Assembly: GCF_001194135.2 (NCBI RefSeq)
Contig: NC_068983.1
Coordinates: 130,363,608 to 130,410,573, forward strand
DNA: 46,966 bases
Source of the DNA: Octopus bimaculoides
Lineage: Eukaryota
Reading direction: 5' to 3'
The notes below the pieces were generated by a model. The model saw only the letters and a list, made by a program, of their open reading frames with translations, searched no databases and had not been told where the DNA came from. Position numbers and translations under genes: made by a program. The stretch's first letter is position 1, and each line of letters starts with the position of its first letter. Positions 14,106 through 25,600 of the stretch are shown piece by piece.

Positions 14106-14805
14106 NNNNNNNNNNNNNNNNNNNNNNNNNNNNNNNNNNNNNNNNNNNNNNNNNNNNNNNNNNNNNNNNNNNNNNNNNNNNNNNNNNNNNNNNNNNNNNN
14201 NNNNNNNNNNNNNNNNNNNNNNNNNNNNNNNNNNNNNNNNNNNNNNNNNNNNNNNNNNNNNNNNNNNNNNNNNNNNNNNNNNNNNNNNNNNNNNNNNNNN
14301 NNNNNNNNNNNNNNNNNNNNNNNNNNNNNNNNNNNNNNNNNNNNNNNNNNNNNNNNNNNNNNNNNNNNNNNNNNNNNNNNNNNNNNNNNNNNNNNNNNNN
14401 NNNNNNNNNNNNNNNNNNNNNNNNNNNNNNNNNNNNNNNNNNNNNNNNNNNNNNNNNNNNNNNNNNNNNNNNNNNNNNNNNNNNNNNNNNNNNNNNNNNN
14501 NNNNNNNNNNNNNNNNNNNNNNNNNNNNNNNNNNNNNNNNNNNNNNNNNNNNNNNNNNNNNNNNNNNNNNNNNNNNNNNNNNNNNNNNNNNNNNNNNNNN
14601 NNNNNNNNNNNNNNNNNNNNNNNNNNNNNNNNNNNNNNNNNNNNNNNNNNNNNNNNNNNNNNNNNNNNNNNNNNNNNNNNNNNNNNNNNNNNNNNNNNNN
14701 NNNNNNNNNNNNNNNNNNNNNNNNNNNNNNNNNNNNNNNNNNNNNNNNNNNNNNNNNNNNNNNNNNNNNNNNNNNNNNNNNNNNNNNNNNNNNNNNNNNN
14801 NNNNN
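14106..14805. other. Assembly gap (N run) flanked by (TA)n
   Basis: N characters. Other gaps: 17281-17346, 30467-30476, 35666-36095, 44773-44782, 45581-46036. Confidence 1.
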
Positions 14806-14857
<52 letters not shown>

Positions 14858-14930
14858 GTACATATCTATATATCTATTTATGTGTATGTATGTATGTATG
14901 TATGTATGTATATATATCTGTGTGTGCGTG
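14806..14930. repeat. (TA)n/(TATG)n/(TG)n compound microsatellite
   Basis: Direct reading. Confidence 0.95.
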
Positions 14931-15185
14931 GTGGGTGTACTTTCTTTAATTTAATTTCTTTTTTATTTTCATATTGATTTTTCGCTCATATTTAAGCTCC
15001 AGATTCAAGTAGTAAAATGGCAATAATATAAGCTTGATAGTAAAATAGTAAAATGGCAGGAAAAGTCTGACGAAACATATACAAACAATTACATTTATTA
15101 AATAATAAACACGTAGAATTAACAAATAAATAAAAATGTGTTTTGTTGGTCTGCCCTAACATCATCAGAGAAGAAACTTGCTTAC

Positions 15186-15229
15186 CATGACTGACATTCT
15201 CTGGTAGTGTCATGCTCCACTAACATCAG
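15186..15229 (-). other. Candidate 44-nt exon (host gene unknown)
   Basis: Minus strand: CTGGCCTTCACAG acceptor, then CTGATGTTAGTGGAGCATGACACTACCAGAGAATGTCAGTCATG, then GTAAGC donor. Reads LMLVEHDTTRECQS, or an internal ATG gives MTLPENVSH. No homology recognised. Confidence 0.35.
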
Positions 15230-16479
15230 CTGTGAAGGCCAGTTACTAAGCAATAATATTTATATGAAAATAGTTCCTTGAACATCCACCAGATGTTAGC
15301 TTGCTTCTCCGTTAATACCAACAGGAATGCTCACTTTCTAAACTGCGCTCTGTTTACAAGAACAGCAACAAGACCAACAGCAGCAGTAACAACAACAGGA
15401 CAGTAGTCTACACAACATCTACAAATATGTTTCGCCTGACATCTCTATTTGAATGTTCCGAACACAGAATTGATAAAGAAACATCAGTGTTAATGAATAA
15501 TGATTGTTGTATTGTTATGCATCCAAGACGATGAATAAATCAATAATAGCTGATGCTACATCACTTATTCTATTTCGTATTGGCGATATTTACTAATAAG
15601 AAATTAGAATGGCGTTCTCTTCGCATGGGATTTTGCTTTCTGCTTTTCAATATATTGCCGCTCAAGTTAACAGCTGTATCACAATGCGCAATAAGGTCTT
15701 CAGCGAGACGTAGAAATAGACTGCGCAGTGAAGGAAGTAAATCATATCCAAACTGAAACGCTGCACCCCAGAAATTTAAGAAACGTGTCTCTAAATGTGC
15801 ATCATTAACTATTTTTATTGACGTTCATATACTAATGTTAAACTGGTAAATTCTCTCGAAAAAGCTAAGTATCATTTAAATAGCACTTTGCTGCCTACCT
15901 ACCACGTATTTGAGTTGTAAAAGTAAGTTACTGTCTGTGTCTGCATGTTATTGTGCATGTATGGATGCATATTTCTCCCCCTATCTTTCTCTCTCTCTCT
16001 CGCTCGCTCACACACACACTCGCACACGCACACACGCACACGTAAACTCTTCTGTGCCATTCGCTGGCATCTTCATAGTCACAAAAGCAAGATTAGAATA
16101 ACTATTAGAGAGAATATCACTGTCTGAAACCTGTCAAAGTAGTGCTTCACACTAGCATAAGTCCACTTACAGAAATCAGGAAGGGAAAAATCTTATGTAA
16201 AGAACACAACACACACACATACAAAGGCCTATACACAGACACAAACACCAAAACTTTCAGTCACGCTAGCAAACACTCGCTTATGTATATATGTGTATGA
16301 GTTGTCATGAATTTTCGTTTCTTTCCAATGTTATTTCGATTCACACGAAAAATACTTCTATTATAGCGTTTTATATATTTTTTAGCTGTAATTGTGTTTG
16401 TAACACTTTTGTTTGTCTTTGAAATATAAATGTATTTTACCTCTCTTCAAAAATATGATGCAGTCGAATAGCAGGTAAA

Positions 16480-17035
16480 AAGAATGAGCATCCAAGCCAC
16501 TGCCTCTCGCCGCTTAGAATCAATGTTCTTAATCTGCCAAATCCACTCGAGACATTTGTGTTATGTACGGAGAAAAAACTATTATTGGGAGAACTGCGCA
16601 GAAACAATTTTCAAGCTTGTTTGAGGGGCTAATTCAATATCGCAGGCTGTGCATTTCAGGCCAATTTCAACTTGACGTAGATCGAGTGAACGGGATCACG
16701 CAACAAGTATTCGCGTCATCTACTAGGAACTTAGCACAGTAAATATAATTCCCCCCATGATACCATCGCACGTGATCTTCATTTCATGGATTAAGTAAAA
16801 AAAGAAAAGAAAGAGACTGCCCCCTGTGATTTAGCCGGTCTAACTAAGCAATGATCAGTAAACCTGAGAGGCTGAACATCATAAACAAGCCTGAACGTAG
16901 TGCGTATTGCTGAGGAATTCAAAGTGCGTGCTGGACGGTCTGACTGAAATGGGTTGGTGGATTTCAGAGATACTGAAATTCGAAACTGTGCAAGTCTGAT
17001 GCGGGGACGCAACCGTAATCTGGTCGACAGCGTTT
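16480..17035. promoter_or_regulatory. CpG-richer unique island with promoter-type motifs
   Basis: About 25 CpG in ~550 bp by hand count. CCAAT 16661-16665, TGACGT 16673-16678, CACGTG 16769-16774, Inr-like TCAGT 16855-16859. No recognisable repeat. Confidence 0.3.
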
Positions 17036-17241
17036 ATTTTGGATGTCTTGTTTATAGTGGTTTTTGTTTTTTTTTAGTTTTAAGTGTTGATATGCTAATG
17101 AATTGATAGGAACATCTTCAACAAAGTGTGCATATATCTTTTGGATCTTCAGCTATTTGAATTCTACCCAGATCTGAAGAATGCATATTTTCTGTGAATT
17201 ACGAGAGAGAAAGCTGCTCATTCCTAAGAAAATATCATCAT

Positions 17242-17280
<39 letters not shown>

Positions 17281-17346
17281 NNNNNNNNNNNNNNNNNNNN
17301 NNNNNNNNNNNNNNNNNNNNNNNNNNNNNNNNNNNNNNNNNNNNNN

Positions 17347-17390
<44 letters not shown>
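17242..17390. repeat. (CA)n and (TA)n microsatellites around a gap
   Basis: Direct reading. Confidence 0.95.
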
Positions 17391-17392
<2 letters not shown>

Positions 17393-19039
17393 TGTACAAC
17401 TCTTTTCTTCTTTCTTTTAGCCCACTTCACACTTCCTTCGTTCTTTCTATTTTTCTTATTCCGCTCCCCCTCACTTACATTTCTTGACCTTCCCTTCAGT
17501 CTAACTTTCCCTCCTCTTTTACGTCATTCTGTCCATTTCCTTTTTTTTCTCTCTTTCTCAGCCATCTTTAATTCTTCAATTCTTCTGCCTCTACCTCTCT
17601 CCTCTCCTTCCACCTGATCGGTGTTCCACCAGGCCTAAACTTTGACTTGGTTCGAGTACCATCCGTGTAGCAACTCTTATATTTCTTCCTATGACTCACA
17701 TCTCTTATGTTCCAGCCGTAACGCTTCACTCACACACACTTCTTGTTAATGTCCTGTTGTTTGTATTTGGAATTGTGTACCATTTCTCCGTTTCATTTCG
17801 TTCTTGTCTTCGCATACATTCGCTTGCTTTCTTCCAAAGAGTCTAGTGCTCTTAGACTAGATTTTCTTTTGGTCGGCCGGATTGGAGCAGTCTCTATTAC
17901 AACCGTTTGAAACTGCAAAAACGATCTGGAACCCGACTGTGAATAGGAAGCTCCGAATGACGCGTCCTTTTTTTCCAATCCTCTTTTGTATCGTGTAACT
18001 GTCCAGATGTTTTGTTGTTGCTTGTTACGTTCTTGTTCTATTTTTTTTTTTGTTTTCTTATATATATATATATATATATATATATTAATGTAGTTTTCAG
18101 AGAGATTCAGTGTGACACAATGAAATAAGGATGCTACTTTAAATTACAGGTACAACTCATATTTGCCAGCTGACAAAATGCATCATATCAACCAAGTAAT
18201 GCAAACAATGAGTTATAAATTATGCACTATGTACATCCACCTCAATAAAGATATACAAAAAGCGTTGTAGCAATTGAAATGTAAAGTTGCTCATTCATAT
18301 TTTAAAAATACCAAAATAATAAGTTCAGTATTTGTGAAATACAGTTGATATCACGGATTATCATTACGTTGTGGAGGAGTAGGAATGTGACGTGGAACCA
18401 AGTGTGCGGGAACCCGTAAGAGTTTTGGAGCCAATGGTTTACAGTAAAATCATTCTTTTGCGTTTGCTAAACTGCTTGGTGTCGCCGAAAGTGGTCATAA
18501 AAATTGCTTAATACTGAATAGCGGAAGCTTTGAACTATATGATAATTTCCAACCGACTTAGATTAACTTTATTTTGTTTTAATTTTATATCTTCTCTTAT
18601 GAATATTTTACTGTGTGACAAGCAGAATTATATGATTATTTCGTTTTCTGAAGGTAAAAGAAAGATTAAGAGGAAGCACAATCACAGTATATCAAAGTTT
18701 TTCCTCGTCAATTAATTTCTAGAAAAACAAAGTGTATAAATCCGTTTTGTCTATTTAAAGAAGTACTGACTGGTACTAGCCTAGCCGATGCAACTCTCAA
18801 CAGAATTCCGATTATTTACCATTGGTCAGCGAAATACCATCACTTTAAATAATAAATTCAACTGTCACTCAATGATACGAGAAAATTAAATATAAACATA
18901 TGTAGCTTCAGACGCGCACACCGTACGTACATACATAAATTGACACGTCGTTTAATGTTTCTTTTAACTTGAGAAGGTTTACATTATTTATTAATTGACA
19001 TTTTTATGCTTCAAGTTTTAGAAGTGAAGTGACTGTTAA

Positions 19040-19575
19040 ATCGAACCACGTACAAAGGAAGCGTATGAAATGTCCGAATTTCAAAGAGGCCGTATTGTGG
19101 GTCAATCCGAAGGTGGAGTTAGTCAACATAATATCGCAGAAAACAATCGAATCCAACTTTTTACAGTTAATAGAGTGATTGTGCAATTAAAAACAAAGGG
19201 GAAAGAATCCACGTCACCTTGCCCAGGTCGACCAGGGCCTTTTGACAGGACCCTTCACTTTGCAAAGGGAAGTGTTGAGGATACTCAACGTTGCAAGGTC
19301 TTTTACATAGAAAAATATGTTGATATCAGTCTCGGAACAGTTGTCAGGTATCTTCACAAGCTTGGTTGCTATGGTAGAGCAGCAAGAAGGAATCCACGTC
19401 TTCCAGCAGCCAATATGAAGCGAAGAAAAAATTGGGCCAGTGAGGTGGTGAAGAGTTCGGTAGCATTTTGGGACATAGTCATATTCTCTGATGAGTCCAG
19501 ACTTGCTGTATTTCCTGACAGGGGCCAAATGTGGGCCTGGTGTATCTGTGATCACGAAATGGATAACCTTTAACG
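19040..19575 (+). mobile_element. Tc1/mariner transposase remnant (N-terminal HTH to first catalytic Asp)
   Basis: Frame reads PRTKEAYEMSEFQRGRIVG...TVVRYLHKLGCYGRAARRNP...KRRKNWA...WDIVIFSDESR, typical of the Tc1 paired-like domain and WxxVxFSDES motif. The rest of the DDE domain is absent and no TIRs were identified. Confidence 0.9.
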
Positions 19576-19614
19576 ACTTTAAATGTCTATTTACTTCTGT
19601 CATGTGTCTATACG

Positions 19615-20075
19615 TAACTTAGATAACTTAGATTGTTTGCAGCCATTATTGACCAAGGCCATGCCTAACTCAATAACAGCGGCTGGAAAAATCATTTTGA
19701 CTAATTATTTCGGGAAACTATGGACCACTCATGCAGTGAGTTGTTATTGGCTGAGACGTATCCATGTGTAGGTAGTTTATACGGTATTTCCTACCGAAAT
19801 TTGTCCGGGAACCTTTTGAATGTTGTGATGCCTTTGTCTATTTTAATTTCTTTCGGGATAACATTGAAAGGAGCAGGACCATTTGCAGTGAAGAAATTGT
19901 GTCTTTAGGTTTTCTGTTGATGTGGTCTCAACCTTTTCAGGGAACGCATTGCAAGGGGGCCCCAGTCTTGGGTGAATTGTAAACATAATACCGATATGAT
20001 TGCGATAATATTGGTGGAATATTTTCCACACGATGAAAATAATGCCTCGCTCACTGCGGCGTTGCAGAGAACATG
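19615..20075 (-). mobile_element. CR1/L2-group non-LTR retrotransposon, 3' fragment
   Basis: Minus strand NFFTANGPAPFNVIPKEIK...FKRFPDKFR*EIPYKLPTHGYVSANNNSLHEW matches the ORF2 C-terminus pattern GPxLFNxxP..FKxxLDxFL..IPDxP..GY...NSL. It ends in a short tandem tail, (TAACTTAGA)x2 at 19615-19632. Confidence 0.75.
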
Positions 20076-20829
20076 TGTATTTGCATGTGTATGCATGTAT
20101 ATGAATAATACACAAACACATCACAGCACATATACATAAAAAGACAAAGATGTATAAGCAGACAAAGACATATTTATCATAAGACATGGGTATATCTTAC
20201 ACACACACACGTACACACATACGCACACATACATAAGTATATACATGGCTTGATATACATGGCTTGATATACATGTATGTATCTATGCTAAATATATAGC
20301 TATGTATATGTACATTTATATTTGTAGATATTGGTTAAGTCAGGCAACTTCAAAAGAATAGCATTTCAATAATGATTTCATAAAGAGATAGCCATGTGTT
20401 TAGGTAAGCGGAAGTATCGACAGTAGTTCACGTAATATTAGTTCCGTTACTAGCCTACAGTGTCGCAGTAGTAGCAACAGCAGCAATGATCGATTTGTAA
20501 CTATCTTTAATACTAGTAGCGTTCACAGCAGCTGTAGATTTTGTGTTAGATGCAGCGGTAAAGTAATAGTCAAATCCCTTTGTATTGGTAGGTTCAGGAG
20601 ACGGCTTATATCAGTAATTTTTCTGAATCCCTTCAAAAGTAAATATACGAAGACGAGTCAAAAAGTAATGTATATAAAATTGCATTACTTCATGATATGA
20701 CCTCGTGTATGCATCCACTAATATCATCTCCAGTGAGTGAAACAACGGCAATTTGCGGCTCAAATAATTTACTGCCATCATAAGACATGAACATAAAATT
20801 AATGGCCGATATAAGTTAGACTAATGCTT

Positions 20830-21175
20830 GACTGGTGAAGACCACCACTGTTATCACACTTGTCACTACTGTTTCTACGGCTACTACATCCACGGTTACT
20901 GATTTGGACATTGTTGGTACTGACACTATTGCCAATGTAGCTACTGCTAGAAATACTGTCGCTTCAGCTGCTACTATTGAGACTCTTATTTGGGCCAACA
21001 TTCTGTCCGCCATTACGATGATCTTCATCAGCAATGACACTCGTACTTCATCTTCAAATATATCAGATATCATGTTCATACTGCACCCAACTCTTCACCA
21101 GCTGTTACTACCTCTAAGACTACTAATTCTACGGACGCCATTACCGCTACTGATAATGCCGGCGAAGGAAACTGG
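20830..21175. repeat. Decayed (ACT/GCT)n low-complexity tract
   Basis: Trinucleotide periodicity giving Thr/Ala-rich pseudo-ORFs. A similar tract in the opposite orientation lies at ~20420-20560. Confidence 0.6.
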
Positions 21176-23936
21176 TGGTAATGCATGCCTTCTAATAATT
21201 CGTTATATGATTTTCCTTTGTAGATGGCAAATATGACCAAAATATATAAGAAATTATTAAATTATAAATTTTGTCTTGGCATTATAAGGAGCTCTGTGTT
21301 TATTTATTCTTATATCACTAAGCATCAAATAAAATAGTTTTCTTATGCCTGCGTATACTCACTCATACACACATCAGTATCTGTATGTGTACGTGTTTAC
21401 TAATCTGTTCTATATGTATCCGAAGGACCCAAAAATATAAGTATGTTTCGCTGATGTGGAATCATAGACGTGTCTAATATTGAAGTAGTCTTTACTTAGA
21501 TTTCAAGAGAAACGAACATAAATATCAATGATATATTGGAATTAAACAAGCTCAGAAAATAGTATTTTTATTTCGGTAAATGAAAATAGGCTATGCTTGT
21601 CTGTATATACCTACACACGTACACGAACACATACAACCACACATGCACACGCACACATCGTTTTAGACATAGCAATGCATGTGACAAACACATTCAATTA
21701 AAAACTTTGCATTTCTGTCGTTATAAAGTGATAAATATTGAAATGGTTTACATTTTATGGGCTTTGAGATAAGCATGGCGTCTAGGTAATAAATCGTCAC
21801 TCCCTCCAAGTCGAACAGTTTTACGTTCTATTCGCATTTTGCGTTGATGCAATACTCTCTAATGTATACAAATGAATTCCTTTGACATCATATATTAATA
21901 TTCATCTATATGTTCTGTATGATGCAAAATTTTATTTTCTAGTAGTTTAGAAATATACTATTGAATATTTTACTTTTTAAAAGAGTCGTGACTTGCAAAC
22001 TTCCCACGTAAATTTTTTTTACCATACTTTTCAACTTTGCTACCACCTGAAGGGTCAATATTGTCATTTAAAGTAATGGGATTTTGAAAGAAATTTGTTC
22101 GCTAGAAATTACATCATACTAAATGCGTAGGAGATGTTTACTCGAGAGAGAATTATATCTTCTTCAAAGATTACTATTAGGTAAATTTAATAATCTAAAG
22201 TGAGAATTTTTACATGTTCCACAGACAAGCTAAAATTCACAGAAAATACAAATGCAAATAACCCGAACGAGATTGGAACTAAGAATTGGCACTGAATATT
22301 TCTCATCCTCTTATATATATTTAAAACCAGCATATGCTCTTTAAGAGTGTGCACTGAAAATGTAAAATTCTGGCAACAGCGGAGTGATATCGACAGAACG
22401 ATAGAATTTGCCTTGAGCAAGAGTTACAAAAACAACAGCAGCACCAAACACACAACATATATCATCTATGATGTATTTCATATTCTATATAACATGAGAT
22501 ACTTCAGAATCAAAAATCAAGTTTGCACATCAAAACATCTGCAAGTGATTTTAATTTGTGTATATAACACAGTTTGTTGATATATTTGGTACTCATTATC
22601 ATTTATGAAAGAGATGAGCTATAACATAAATGTTGTGTGATTCCTTGATGGCAAGTATATAAATTCTAATTCACATTGAAATTGTTGGAAACTACAGTTG
22701 ATTTTCGTATGTATTCGGAATTTATCAATGAAATCTATAGTGTAATATATTTTCAAAGTCGATACGTTTCAATCAGACTTATTGCCAATCAGCTCAGATA
22801 GATATATTGATTTCATCCGTATTGAAATACTGCTACGACATGCTACTAATAATTTTATACAAAATAAAATATTATATCTTTTATATGTGCTTTGAAGATT
22901 ACAAATAATATAATCTGATGTTATTGTATATTTAATTCATGGCGATTATTGCATTGTTAAAGCATCAATCGGGTTTCGATTAACTACTAATAATTGTTCA
23001 CATTTACTTAATTGTGAGTAGTTTAATACAATGTATATGGGAACCAAAATCATACAATTCTATGTGGAGAGATGTAAGAATTCAAGTGTATTAGTGACTA
23101 ACATCTCTGCATAAATTTGTATATCTATCTCTCTATCTATCCATCTATCATATAAAACATTCATTCATAAATTGCAATTCATAGTATGCTTACGCGCGTT
23201 TCAGATAATAAGTAATAAAATGATGTGTTAGTTCTGCACATTTAATCAATCCTTAGTTTATCGACATTATCTTGATCAACGTGAGTGATCTACCTAGATA
23301 TTAACATACTTCTGATAGAGTTAGTTTCTATCGGGATCAACAAAAGTTTAACAACAATAAGAATCCCTGCTATATGAGCGGAACAGATTTGAAGAGATAT
23401 ATTTTTTCTTAAGTATTTGTTCTTCTAAACCACTTGGTTGCTGCTGTTGAACAATGTTTGGATGTCTTACAATTATATCATATAAGTTTCGTTGTTTCTA
23501 TTCCTGGCAGAGGAACTGCCTTCAGAGGGTTATAATGGTGCTCTCTAGATCTATTCAATGCAATACTTGATTAAATATAGATTGATTAGCTTTTAAAACT
23601 AACGTATTATGCAACACTAGTTTTCTGGAAAGCGCATATACAAATTAAAAATTGCAAATTCTGAATTTACAATATATAAATCTCCCTTTTCCTTTGTAGT
23701 TACTATAAATAAAAATGTGAATTCATAAAATATATTCAGAAATGAATGTTACCTTTACTAATTGAACAGTACTACAGGTGTTATTTTGCAATCTACATGA
23801 ATAAACATAATTCTCAGAGCTCGATATCGTTTGCTAACTTGGATATCTACGTTTCAAATTACTTAAAATTTATTCGAGTGGTTTAAACATATATATGTGT
23901 GTATGTGTGTGTGTGTGTGTGCGTGTGTGTATGTGT

Positions 23937-24410
23937 GTACCCAGAACTATTCCCCAGTCTTTGGAGAGCAGTAGCCACAGGAAGATACACACCAGGCATT
24001 CCATTCCTTTCACCGCTCAAAGAGGCGAGCCCCATACTATCCTCGGGTCAGTGCATAGAACGGAACCCCCATTATCAGCAGCGGTGCCCGACAGGATATG
24101 CTGGTTTATTCCAGCCACATTATACTGGTTCCGTACCTCTTTGAGCAAAATCAAATTCACTCATCCGTCCACAAAGACTCTCAAAGCTTTCTTGTCATTT
24201 TAAAATTCTGTTGCCTCTAACCACCAAAGCTTTCCTCACTCTTCCATCCATCCACACAAACCGAGGTCACAAACCGAGGTCTACCTCTGGTTCTGCTGCC
24301 TTCATCACCCTCCTTACCATCCGCTTTTCATCCATCATTACCATGTGGCCAAACCAACTCAACCTTGGTTGTTAGTCTTTCTCTCATTTCTGCTCGCTTC
24401 CACACCGCCT
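23937..24410 (-). mobile_element. RTE-clade LINE 3' fragment (ORF end plus 3' UTR) ending in a (CA)n tail
   Basis: Minus strand QPRLSWFGHMVMMDEKRMVRRVMK...RGRPRF..WMDG matches the RTE C-terminal RLRWFGHVxRM...RGRPRxxW motif. The 3' end abuts the (TG)n at 23895-23936. Confidence 0.8.
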
Positions 24411-24519
24411 CAAATATATATATAAAAACAAGGGTAAAATATTATTAAAATAATAATTAATACCGGCGGTTAGCATGCGTAATAAAAGTCAGAAGACATA
24501 AATATGTTTATAATATAAG

Positions 24520-25073
24520 AGTGTATACAAATTTACACACGGAGAGAAGACCACTATGTGGACTTGTTACATGCAAAAAAGGGCAGTCGAATCCCAAACC
24601 TTGAAAAAAAAAAATTTGTTGTATGTAAGTAGGACACTTGAATGAATAAATATCTTAGTTAACTCTGTAACCATAAGTTTTACCATTAATGATTAAATTA
24701 ACCAAATAATCAATTAATCGATTAATTAACCATCTGTGGCTCGTCAGTAGAGTCGTTGGAAAATGTACAATTATGAAACTATTATACATACCGAAAACAC
24801 GTACTTATACCTATTCCAGCGACTCTACTGACGAGCCAAATATGGTTAATTACTCGATTAATTTACTAATAAATTGGTTTATCTAATCATTAATGGTGAA
24901 ACTCATGAGTATGGAGTCAACTGAGATCTTTATTCATTCAAGTGTCCTGCTCGCATACAATCAATGTGCCATAAATAAGAATGCTTTTTCGTGGTTTGGA
25001 ATTTGACTGCCCTTTTTAGCATGTAAGAAATCCATATGGTGGTCTTCTCAACGGGTATAAATTATTATACACT
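24520..25073. mobile_element. Foldback/MITE-like element with ~240-260 bp inverted arms and a 52-bp spacer
   Basis: Left arm 24520-24761 is the imperfect reverse complement of 24814-25073 (GAGAAGACCAC/GTGGTCTTCTC, AGGACACTTGAATGAATAAA/TTTATTCATTCAAGTGTCCT, GGCTCGTCAGTAGAGTCG/CGACTCTACTGACGAGCC). Confidence 0.9.
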
Positions 25074-25260
25074 ATTTCATATATACACGCACACATAAAC
25101 ACGCACACACATTGAATGATTCATTTAGTGATTGATTGATTTGATTGGGTTATTGATTGAGTGGATAATTGAAAGCCTGGTGATTTCGGCGGCACATAAT
25201 GATAATAATAAAGACAATAAGAATAAAATAATAATAATTATTATTATTTTATTATTAATT

Positions 25261-25593
25261 GCAAAGACAAAAGCACATGAAAAATTAGCTAGCAGATGGG
25301 AACAGAAACCTCTGCATGGCAAGTATGTGGCTCGTAGCAAACAAGCTGATGTCGACCAGAAACACACGCATCAATGGATACGAAGATCAGGGCTAAAAGC
25401 AGAGAGTGAAGTTTTCATATTAGCTGCTCAAGACCAAAGCTTATTAACCTGGAACTACTAAGCCAATTTGATAAAAAAAAATGTAGCTGACCCAAAATGC
25501 CGATTCTGTAACGATGAGATTAAAACTATAGACCACCTAATTCCAGGGTGTAGAGTCTTAGCACCTGTAGAATATAAAGCAAGACATGACAAT
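25261..25593 (+). mobile_element. R4/Dong-type (RLE) non-LTR retrotransposon fragment 1
   Basis: WEQKPLHGKY...GLKAESEVFILAAQDQSLLT followed by the CCHC knuckle CRFCNDEIKTIDHLIPGC and EYKARHD. Starts inside an (AAT)/(TTA) microsatellite. Confidence 0.85.
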
Positions 25594-25600
25594 ATGTCGG

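Noticed and set aside
13995-14977. Long ORFs of 256-319 aa (also 35510-36151 and 45544-46083)
   Set aside because: They are open only because they run through N gaps and (TA)n/(TG)n repeats.
16074-16087. 14-nt match to the miR-153 mature sequence (CATAGTCACAAAAG)
   Set aside because: The seed is mismatched (TTCATAG versus TTGCATAG) and there is no adequate hairpin partner arm.
17620-18010. A-rich minus-strand stretch that looks like decayed LINE coding sequence
   Set aside because: No diagnostic motif was recoverable in any frame, so it is left unassigned.
20835-21236. 133-aa Thr/Ala-rich ORF resembling a mucin domain
   Set aside because: It is explained by a decayed ACT trinucleotide tract. 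It has a non-ATG start, no convincing splice context, and is open on both strands.
22341-22481. Minus-strand 46-aa smORF MKYIIDDICCVFGAAVVFVTLAQG..., signal-peptide-like
   Set aside because: The hydrophobic stretch comes from a GTT/GCT low-complexity run. No homology or transcript context.
22577-22590. Match to the 3' part of miR-190 (TTGATATATTTGGT)
   Set aside because: The seed region is absent, there is no hairpin, and an AT-rich match is likely by chance.
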